Origin: Candidatus Magasanikiibacteriota bacterium | GTDB lineage: Bacteria > Patescibacteriota > Patescibacteriia > Magasanikbacterales > GWA2-37-8 | Length of the DNA stretch: 64,000 bases | Assembly (NCBI GenBank): GCA_030650025.1 | Contig: JAUSEN010000025.1 | Coordinates: 601-64,600 of the forward strand | Direction of reading: 5' to 3' | Shown: positions 56,604 to 64,000 of the stretch, in pieces | Numbering within the stretch: position 1 is the first letter of the stretch | Layout: every line of letters starts with the position of its first letter | Notes under the pieces: generated by a model | Told to the model about the DNA's origin: nothing | Database searches by the model: none | What the model saw: only the letters and a program-made list of their open reading frames with translations | Position numbers and translations under genes: made by a program

Positions 56604-57362
56604 ATGGAAGTTGCAAATGCAGCGACCGCGCCAAAATTACCCGGGTCTTGGGAATTATTTAAAAGCTCTTGGCAAACACTTTTGAATAATCGAAATTTGT
56701 TTGCCTGGCCAATCGTCATAGTATTTCTGATTGATTTTGTTTTTGGGATCGCGGAATATTTTACCGCTAGCCCGGCCATGATGTTGGCCAGTTGGTTGGT
56801 GGGGAAATTAGCAGAAATTTGGGTGCTAGTGGTAATCGCGAAAATAATAAAAGATCTCCACAGTAAAACCGGGGCCACTACCAACTATATGCAGGCGGCC
56901 TTGGCCTTACTCCCGGTAGCCACGGTGACAGCCGTCATTATGGGCCTTCTTAATGGCCTATTATACTTCGCGCTGATTGTGCCGGGCATTATCTTTAGTT
57001 TTTACTGGGCTTTTACTTTGTTCGCCCTAGCCGTGACCGACAAAAAATATAAAGCGGCCATGAACTATAGCAAATACTTAGTAAAGGGCAGAGCGGCGGT
57101 ATTATTTGGATATATGCTATTTTTTGCTATCGTCGGCGGGCTGATCGCACTCCTTCTGGTGGCGCCGGTCTTATTGATAGCCGGAACGTTTGAACAAAAT
57201 TTGTTAGTTGAATACTTGAATAACAACTTGGCCGCGGGGGTCTATGTTTTGGCGATTGCCGAGATATTTACCGCTTTTGGCTTAATATATACCGCGAAAT
57301 TATACTTAGCGTTTGAAGAAACCAAGCCGGCGGTGACAGCCACCCCAGTGGTGAAAGTTTAA
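56604..57362 (+). CDS. Polytopic membrane protein, function unknown.
   Basis: 252 aa with 5-6 hydrophobic helices. Confidence 0.55.
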   Translation: MEVANAATAPKLPGSWELFKSSWQTLLNNRNLFAWPIVIVFLIDFVFGIAEYFTASPAMMLASWLVGKLAEIWVLVVIAKIIKDLHSKTGATTNYMQAALALLPVATVTAVIMGLLNGLLYFALIVPGIIFSFYWAFTLFALAVTDKKYKAAMNYSKYLVKGRAAVLFGYMLFFAIVGGLIALLLVAPVLLIAGTFEQNLLVEYLNNNLAAGVYVLAIAEIFTAFGLIYTAKLYLAFEETKPAVTATPVVKV

Positions 57363-57372
57363 AAAAATTTGG

Positions 57373-58308
57373 CTAAGCGGCCTTAGCCATTTGGGTTCGC
57401 TCTTCTAAATCAAAGTCTTCTCCAAGTTTCTCCAGCAATTTATTATCAAAAGCGCCGCAAGAACTTAAATAACGGCGAACCTCGCTGTAAACCGAAATAT
57501 CTACCGGCTTCTTGCCAAAAGCGTAATCAATAAAAGCTTCGCCGCCGGCTCCCAGCCCTTTTCTATATTCTTCTTCGTGCGCGCGCAGTTGCGGCGTATC
57601 AGGGAGATTAGGCGGCTCCCACCGAAAAGTATAAAACAGATCAATTTCTGATTGGCTAAAAATTTTATCAAACGCGCGCAAACAGCCGCGTTCCGCGTCG
57701 CGTTCCAACAGTTGCGCTGGTAATCGCGCCAGCTGTTCCCGCTCAATTTGCTCGTGAACAGCAAACTTCGGCAATAAGCTTCCAAGCAATGCCTGCAAAG
57801 TTTCGGGGGTCTGTTTCCCGGTGAGAATATTTTCCGGTTCGTAAAAATTAACTAGCAGAGCCTCCAGCTTAGGATCGCGAAACTGGGCGGCATGCCGCAA
57901 TTCGTGTAGCAACATGGCTACTTCGCGAGGCGAACGGAGCGGCGGAATAATTATAATCTCGGGATCAAGCTCCCACCCGCATTGTTCTATCGTGCTATCA
58001 ACAATCACGGGTACGTGGTGCGGGTTAAATTGATCCAACAATTCAACAGTAGCGCCAGTGTCCGGGTGTTCCAGGATGCAACTCCGCAAACGCTGGCCGG
58101 CATAAGGCTCCAGCCCCGGAGCTTCCGACACCTCAAGCCTGGTCGGAGTGGTTTCCATTTCTACTGTTACCCGAGCGCGCACTTGGCCATGTAAATCGTG
58201 AAATTCATAGTAGTGCGTGGCTGTCTCCGGCGCTGGTCTTGCCTCGGGACGCCGGGCCAGCGCTGGTCTTGCCAGAGGCTGGGTTTCGGAACCCAATTGT
58301 TCGTACAT
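57373..58308 (-). CDS. Hypothetical protein with an HExxH motif (possible metallopeptidase-like).
   Basis: 311 aa; LLHELRHAAQF contains HELRH. Confidence 0.45.
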   Translation of the reverse strand: MYEQLGSETQPLARPALARRPEARPAPETATHYYEFHDLHGQVRARVTVEMETTPTRLEVSEAPGLEPYAGQRLRSCILEHPDTGATVELLDQFNPHHVPVIVDSTIEQCGWELDPEIIIIPPLRSPREVAMLLHELRHAAQFRDPKLEALLVNFYEPENILTGKQTPETLQALLGSLLPKFAVHEQIEREQLARLPAQLLERDAERGCLRAFDKIFSQSEIDLFYTFRWEPPNLPDTPQLRAHEEEYRKGLGAGGEAFIDYAFGKKPVDISVYSEVRRYLSSCGAFDNKLLEKLGEDFDLEERTQMAKAA

Positions 58309-58412
58309 AAATGGCTAATTATATTTTTAAATTTAAGTTAGTGACTTAGCTAGAGCGTATCTAATCATAAAATTACCACGAAGGCAAGCGCCAGACGCCC
58401 AGCCCAGTGCAG

Positions 58413-58441
58413 TTGACTTTTCTTAAAAAAAAATGTACACT
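58413..58441 (+). promoter_or_regulatory. Sigma70-like promoter TTGACT-17-TACACT upstream of tRNA-Glu.
   Basis: Read directly from the sequence. A roughly 125-nt leader containing the CCTGCCTACCGGCAGGCAGG palindrome precedes the tRNA. Confidence 0.45.
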
Positions 58442-58569
58442 TTGCTATGTTCGCTGAATTCGGTGGCTGTGCTATCCGAAGCTTTAGCGAAGTTTGCCTC
58501 GAGCGAAAAACGGCTTGCCCTGCCTACCGGCAGGCAGGCGTCCGTAGCTCGCCAGGGCGAGCGTAGGAC

Positions 58570-58644
58570 GGCCCCATCGTCTAATGGTTAGGACATTTCG
58601 CTTTCAATGAAAAAATACGGGTTCGATTCCCGTTGGGGCTACCA
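58570..58644 (+). tRNA. tRNA-Glu (anticodon UUC), CCA encoded.
   Basis: Cloverleaf: acceptor GGCCCCA/UGGGGCU, D-arm GUCUAAUGGUUAGGAC, anticodon loop CUUUCAA, T-arm ACGGGUUCGAUUCCCGU, then ACCA. Confidence 0.85.
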
Positions 58645-58971
58645 CGATAACACAGGTTCAAGTGACCGAGAGGGCTTGGACTTGGCAGATCACGCAAAAG
58701 ACATCCGAAATGGGTGTTTTTTGCTATCTAATTTTAAGGTTTACTTTTTGGCTTAAAAATGATATTATGTTAGTGTTTTTTGAGAAACCTGATTAATATT
58801 AACGTGCAAAAAATCACCGATCAACATGCCAAGTATTTTGCTTATGAGATGACAAAGCGCAGTTCTTCTAATAGTCTTGAAAAATTATCTTCTACATTAT
58901 CCAATGCTCAAGTCGATTTAAATCCCCATCAGATAGAAGCGGCTCTTTTCGCTTAAGGAATATTCTTTTGA

Positions 58972-61026
58972 TTGTCCCTTCTAGCTTACGGAAACAATTG
59001 GTGCTTATTAGGTAAAATGACACAATTTATGAGACACGAATATCCGGAGGAACAAGAGGCCATGCGGGCGACATTGGAGATGAAAATGAAGTCGTTGCTC
59101 AAATCCGGCGTTCCCACTAAAGAGATCGCTACTATTTTGGGCGCGGAAGAATTTTTACATATTACAAAATCTCGCAGTCAAAGACATAGCGATGTAACAG
59201 TTTTTGATTTTAAAGCTTTTATTGCAGCAGAAATAAAAAAAGCTAAGCCAATAAAATTGCCTGATGCTATAGAATTAAGACCCGAGGTTTTTTTACCTCC
59301 GGGAGCAGGCGAACTTCGAACCAGCGGTGAAGGAGGAGGCATCGAAGAGAAGGCAACTATTCATCGAACTAGATTTTTGATTGACCTCCTTACCTCATTG
59401 AATCTTGAGTATACTATTGTTCAGGGGACCAATACGGAGACTATGATGCGCGGCCAGAGCTACGCTGTTTTTATTGTTTCCACTAGAAAAAAAGCAGTTT
59501 TTGTAAATAACGAGGAAGGAAATGCTACTTTCATCTTGCACAATAACAACCCAGCTACCAATGAGTGGGAGCCGTATTCCCAATTGACCAAAGATCAACT
59601 CCAGGAGGAAGAGCATACTGGCCGTGTGTCTCGCCACGTTTGGCCGGGTAACCAAACGGCTTGGCAAAGTCAGATTGCGGATGCTTTAAACCTAGACTAT
59701 AAGCCCGTCGCACGGAATCCTCGCGATCAAACTGCTTCGCCAGTTAAGGAACAGGAAATTGATCTAGAACCTAAACAATCGCCTCCCGATGGGTGGGTGC
59801 CATTTTATAAGCTTGCGGCTGGGGCTGAAAAATCAAGGTTGTGGGTTGAAAAACGTTTGCCAGCACTTATAGCATCTCACCCCGAATGGTCAGGTAAGAA
59901 TTTTGAAGGTTTTAGTGGGGTATTTTACCCACCAGAATTGCTTGCTGAGTTAAGAAAAATGGCGACGGAGCTAGAAAAAGCACCAGAAGGTTGGTTGAGC
60001 GAGAAAGATGCAATTATTGCTATTAAAAGTAATAACTTGTTGCTACGGGCAACAGCTGCCCAGCTAGCAGAGAATCATCCAGAGTGGGCACCAAAACAAT
60101 TCGTGGGTAAATCCGGAATGCGCGGTACATTCTATCCGCCTGAATTGGTTGATGAGATAAAAAGGATAAAACAAGAAAAAAAAGAAGTTCCTCATGGGTG
60201 GCGTACGGCAAAGGACTTATCGCGATTTGTAACAAAAAATGTAGAATGGGTTGATGTTCGGATAAATAAAATTTTAGCTGACCATCCAGGTTGGATTGGA
60301 CGCGAATATCTGGATAGCCGTGGAAAGATGCGAATTTTTTATCCAGCAGAACTTGGTGCTGAGTTAAAGCAAATGGCGGAGGCTGTTGGTAAACCACCAG
60401 CAGGTTGGCTAAATATTGTGGGTATTGCAGAGAGTGTTCAAAAATCACCAAGATGGGTCGAGGAGCGTATTCCTAAATTAATAGAGCAGAATCCAGATTG
60501 GATTGGTAAGGAATATATTGGTAGAAATGGAAAAGTTGTAATGTCCTATCCTGGTGAACTTGTTGTTGAGCTTGACGCCTTAGCTAAAACAAAACAGAAA
60601 TCCCCTGAAGGGTGGATGACAACATCTGGTATAGCAACTTTTACCGGTCAAACATTTGATCGTGTAGAAAAACAAGTTGCACAACTGGCGGCTGTGCGTC
60701 CCGATTGGGTTAGCAGTGATTATCTCGACAAGGGTGGCCATGCTGGATTAGATCATTATTCTCCACAGTTGGTGAGCGAGATCCTGAAAATGAAAGAAGC
60801 TGTCGTCATAGCGCCAACTGGTTGGCTGAGTGAAGCAGGCATAGCAAAAGCTATTAATAAAGATGCTAGTTGGGTCAAGGCGAGAATCCCGGCAATTTTA
60901 AGCGAACATCCAGATTGGGCAAACGATAAATTTCAGGATAGAAGTGGTTTGCCAGGAATTAGGCAATATTCACCTAAACTTGTAGAACTATTGAGAAGTC
61001 TTACTCGGGAAAACCCATCTAAATGA
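58972..61026 (+). CDS. Tandem-repeat protein (six repeats of about 68 aa) of unknown function.
   Basis: The C-terminal 410 aa or so are built of the repeat P.GW......I........W V...I..L...HP(D/E)W......(D/G)..G....YP.ELV.E(L/I). Confidence 0.6.
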   Translation: MSLLAYGNNWCLLGKMTQFMRHEYPEEQEAMRATLEMKMKSLLKSGVPTKEIATILGAEEFLHITKSRSQRHSDVTVFDFKAFIAAEIKKAKPIKLPDAIELRPEVFLPPGAGELRTSGEGGGIEEKATIHRTRFLIDLLTSLNLEYTIVQGTNTETMMRGQSYAVFIVSTRKKAVFVNNEEGNATFILHNNNPATNEWEPYSQLTKDQLQEEEHTGRVSRHVWPGNQTAWQSQIADALNLDYKPVARNPRDQTASPVKEQEIDLEPKQSPPDGWVPFYKLAAGAEKSRLWVEKRLPALIASHPEWSGKNFEGFSGVFYPPELLAELRKMATELEKAPEGWLSEKDAIIAIKSNNLLLRATAAQLAENHPEWAPKQFVGKSGMRGTFYPPELVDEIKRIKQEKKEVPHGWRTAKDLSRFVTKNVEWVDVRINKILADHPGWIGREYLDSRGKMRIFYPAELGAELKQMAEAVGKPPAGWLNIVGIAESVQKSPRWVEERIPKLIEQNPDWIGKEYIGRNGKVVMSYPGELVVELDALAKTKQKSPEGWMTTSGIATFTGQTFDRVEKQVAQLAAVRPDWVSSDYLDKGGHAGLDHYSPQLVSEILKMKEAVVIAPTGWLSEAGIAKAINKDASWVKARIPAILSEHPDWANDKFQDRSGLPGIRQYSPKLVELLRSLTRENPSK

Positions 61027-61086
61027 GGCGTTGGTAAATCGCCCCTTTTGTGTCTCATTTGTCTTATTCTCATTTATAGATCTGCC

Positions 61087-61114
61087 TTGACTTTGCTTCT
61101 ATTTTTGCTATAAT
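61087..61114 (+). promoter_or_regulatory. Near-consensus promoter TTGACT-16-TATAAT.
   Basis: Read directly from the sequence. It drives the short transcript ending at the 61244-61276 terminator. Confidence 0.5.
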
Positions 61115-61120
61115 AACCCA

Positions 61121-61276
61121 AGATAATTACCGTAGACGCCTCAAATAGACCCCGACCGAGAGGGGTTGGTCAGGCCCGCGTGAGACAGCCAAATAAGACC
61201 TCAACGGTCTGATCCCTAGAGGTTATAGACCGAGTTGTTCTACAAAAAAATCCGCTTATTATAGCGGATTTTTTGT
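61121..61276 (+). ncRNA. Candidate small structured RNA (about 155 nt) with its own promoter and intrinsic terminator. It may be SRP RNA.
   Basis: Bounded by a promoter and the terminator ATCCGC-TTATTAT-AGCGGAT plus T5. Internal GGUCAGGCCCGCGUGAGACAGCCAAA resembles the SRP helix-8 region (GGUCAGGUCCGGAAGGAAGCAGCCAA). Confidence 0.3.
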
Positions 61277-61442
61277 ATCAAAATTGTTATGACCACTGGG
61301 GAAATCGAACCTAAACTAATTTGCTGAAAAAGCGTTATGATGTTATAATTTTTTTACAGTTAAAATTAGTCGCATTAAATATTAAATATTATGACAACTG
61401 AAACAGAGAATGGTGAAATTTGTTTAATCCACCGTCAATGGA

Positions 61443-62342
61443 GTGGCCTACCACGATAACACTTTCCGAAAACCGGAAACTCTTGTCTACAATATGGATA
61501 ACGAACGCGTTCGTCCCAAAGATATTTTTAGGGCTCAATATAGCACTACCGGCCCAATGGCTGATTTTTTTGCCGAGTTTGAACAGCTAAAAAAAGATTA
61601 CGACGGCATTAAGATTCCGGAACGCCTTCCTATAGCAGTCACAAAACAATCTGACTGCCAAGAATTATTCGACATCTCGCTTAATGCTTGGGTAGAAAAT
61701 TTTGACCGAGTCAAAATAAGTGGGGCTATAGACCGATTACGTGATCCAGAAATTTCGGAGAAAGAACGCCGCTCCATAATGAAATATTTTATGGAAGTCA
61801 GACGGATCGGGATTATTATACGTAATTCCTGGGCGGATTTTAACACTGATCACGGTGATGCTCCTAAAGTTCACCGCAAATTTATGAGCGCTATCGGCCG
61901 CGTACGCGACGGCATTAGGTTTACTCAAGAACCAGCCGTAATTTCGGCTGCCTTGTCTGAACTGCAAGCCACTCTGCGTGAATATCCCGATCCACGCCAA
62001 ATTTTTAAACTTAAACCCGCCACCCCAGCTTCATTTAGCCGCGCTTTCAGCGCGCGGGTAAAAATTTTAGAAAATTTGTTATCTAACAAAACCACGGCCA
62101 AAGAATTACATCAAGTCAGAATAAAGGGAATGCGGCCAATTTTCTCATTATATTTGCTTTTGTCCCTAAGAAGTCGTGACCAGGCGGCTATAGACACCTA
62201 CCTTGCCATTCGATACATTGACAAAGATTTGGGAAAGAAGAATGATCGCGTTGTTAAAGAAGAGATAAACGAAAACGACCAGCAACAGGCTAGCGATGAG
62301 TCCAAACAGATAGCGCGGGAATTGGTTGCTAAATTATACTAA
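61443..62342 (+). CDS. Hypothetical protein (possibly CHAD-domain-like).
   Basis: 299 aa. Segments VHRKFMSAIGRVRDGIRF and HQVRIKGMRPIFSLYLL resemble CHAD conserved-His helices. The similarity is weak. Confidence 0.45.
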   Translation: MAYHDNTFRKPETLVYNMDNERVRPKDIFRAQYSTTGPMADFFAEFEQLKKDYDGIKIPERLPIAVTKQSDCQELFDISLNAWVENFDRVKISGAIDRLRDPEISEKERRSIMKYFMEVRRIGIIIRNSWADFNTDHGDAPKVHRKFMSAIGRVRDGIRFTQEPAVISAALSELQATLREYPDPRQIFKLKPATPASFSRAFSARVKILENLLSNKTTAKELHQVRIKGMRPIFSLYLLLSLRSRDQAAIDTYLAIRYIDKDLGKKNDRVVKEEINENDQQQASDESKQIARELVAKLY

Positions 62343-62423
62343 AGCAATACTAAAGCAACTTCTTGCACAGCTTTCCTAAACATGTTAGGGTAAGTTAAAG
62401 CATTATTATTCTAATTAAAATGT

Positions 62424-64000
62424 ATGATTTTAGCTAAAAAATCGCTTTGGTATAGCATATTAACTTACCTAGTATTAAACACTTTTTTAGTAGGCATCCC
62501 AAGCGCCAACGCCACTATCGAAACCGTCTACATGTCCGCTGATTCTGTGTTGAGCCTGAACGAACCGAACAAGCACTTGGCCTGCAGTATGTACGGAGAC
62601 ATTGGCTCGTGGAACGCGTATGGTGGGCATGCTTACCGCTATATTGCTAAAGCTGATTTGAGTAACATCACTGCTAATCCGGCGCAAATAATTAAAGCGA
62701 GCTTTAATATCGACCGCGTCAGCAACAGCTGGGACGATAATGATAACTATGTCCTGCAACGCGTAACAGCGTCTTGGTCAAATACTGTTAACTGGGGAAA
62801 CCAGCCAAGCAGAGACCCGGGCACGATTGCGCCGACCGGCCCAATCTATGGCATATTTAGATTTGATATTACGCAAGTGGTGAAGAACTGGCTAAGCGAC
62901 CCGAGCAGTAACAACGGCGTAATTATTAAGAAGGTGAGTGAGGATTTAACTTTAGAAAGCAATAAAGGTTCGTTTGCCTGCGCCAGCTATAGCCCGAGTG
63001 GAGGCGAAAGCCGGCCAACTATTACCATAGAATCGTGTACTGAAGACGAATGGACTTGTGGCAGTTGGGGAACTTGCAGTCAAGCCGGCGCCCAAACCAG
63101 AAGCTGTAATAAAAGCGTGGACTGCCCAAATATTGATACTCCGACTAGCCCCGAAACCTCACAATCCTGCACACCACCCACTGCCCCAACTGCGCCGACT
63201 TCGCCCACTTCTCCGTCTACCCCGCCCCCAAGCACTTGCAACAGCGACACCTGGAATTGTAGCGACTGGAGCGTATGCTCGGCTTCTGGCCAGCAAACCC
63301 GCTCATGTAATTTAACGTATGATTGTTCCACGGCGCTGACACCTTCTCCAACTATGGCTCAGGGTTGTACGCCAAGTACTAACAACACGCCGAGTAGCCC
63401 GAGCATTCAGCCAACAACACCAAGTTGCGCGTCTGACACCTGGAACTGTAGCGACTGGAGCGTATGCTCGGCCTCTGGCCAGCAAACGCGCTCTTGTAAT
63501 TTAACGTATGACTGCGCGACCGCTTTGACCCCGGTTCCAGCGATTGCCCAAGGCTGCACGCCACCGAGCTCTGCTCCGGCCACGCCAACATCACCGACTG
63601 CGCCAACGTCCCCGACAGCTCCGATCGATAACACCTGCACGGCCGACACCTGGGCCTGTGGCGACTGGGATTACTGCTCGCTCTCGGGCGTGCAAGGGCG
63701 CACGTGCACTCGCACCTATAACTGCCCGAATGCCGAGACTCCCCCGCCAGCCACTTACCAATATTGCCAGGCGCCAGTACAACCGAAACCGGTTGACCCG
63801 AGTAGCCCAGACGCGGCCGCTAACCAAGACACGATTATTAAAGCCACGGTAAAATTGGTTTGCCCGGTGAGTGACACTATGGCCAGCCAAGGGAGCGGCA
63901 CGATAATAGACCAGAATGGCACAATCCTAACGAACAAACACGTCATTAACCAAACTGCTGGCTGTTTTGTGGGGTTTATCGATAAATATAGCGACGAACC
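62424..64000 (+). CDS. Secreted multidomain protein, partial (continues beyond the window): signal peptide, DNRLRE-like domain, 4 Cys-rich modules with PT linkers, then the start of a trypsin-like (S1) peptidase domain.
   Basis: Open frame from the ATG at 62424 to the window end. It is not in the ORF track because it has no stop. Modules C.SDTWNCSDWSVCSASGQQTRSCNLTYDC. TNKHVI His-box of S1 proteases. Confidence 0.7.
   Translation, partial: MILAKKSLWYSILTYLVLNTFLVGIPSANATIETVYMSADSVLSLNEPNKHLACSMYGDIGSWNAYGGHAYRYIAKADLSNITANPAQIIKASFNIDRVSNSWDDNDNYVLQRVTASWSNTVNWGNQPSRDPGTIAPTGPIYGIFRFDITQVVKNWLSDPSSNNGVIIKKVSEDLTLESNKGSFACASYSPSGGESRPTITIESCTEDEWTCGSWGTCSQAGAQTRSCNKSVDCPNIDTPTSPETSQSCTPPTAPTAPTSPTSPSTPPPSTCNSDTWNCSDWSVCSASGQQTRSCNLTYDCSTALTPSPTMAQGCTPSTNNTPSSPSIQPTTPSCASDTWNCSDWSVCSASGQQTRSCNLTYDCATALTPVPAIAQGCTPPSSAPATPTSPTAPTSPTAPIDNTCTADTWACGDWDYCSLSGVQGRTCTRTYNCPNAETPPPATYQYCQAPVQPKPVDPSSPDAAANQDTIIKATVKLVCPVSDTMASQGSGTIIDQNGTILTNKHVINQTAGCFVGFIDKYSDE

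Overview
This is a 64 kb window of a compact, gene-dense bacterial genome with about 45-50% G+C. The gene content suggests a Patescibacteria/CPR-like (Parcubacteria-type) organism. Supporting this are a split ComEC, a type IV secretion-like locus with a separately encoded VirB4 N-domain, a PrgI/VirB3-like gene, a VirB6-like 1547-aa membrane protein and a 2745-aa Cys-rich secreted protein. Several housekeeping genes also carry insertions. This lineage call is an inference from gene content only. TGA is used as a stop codon, so the code is standard. Recognisable genes are ComFC, a VirB4 ATPase, rsmA/ksgA, tsaC, prfB, groES-groEL, yidC, nusA, a split comEC, leuS, an IMPase-family gene, fpg/mutM, trxA, infB, truB, rny, hup and tRNA-Glu(UUC). 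There are also two RelE/ParE-type toxin-antitoxin pairs and a Fic-RhuM protein. Most unusual is a family of GC-rich two-hairpin palindromic elements inserted in-frame into six housekeeping genes. In tsaC these elements flank an embedded DUF559 (Vsr-like endonuclease) domain. In addition, LeuRS carries an inserted RBBP9/YdeN-type serine-hydrolase domain. A roughly 570-bp very high-GC foreign island sits between infB and truB. A second nested-palindrome family lies in-frame in prfB and in a methyltransferase. Three intergenic MITE-like long hairpins, several candidate small RNAs with clean promoter/terminator pairs, and a tRNA-Glu 3'-end direct repeat delimiting a small islet were also seen.
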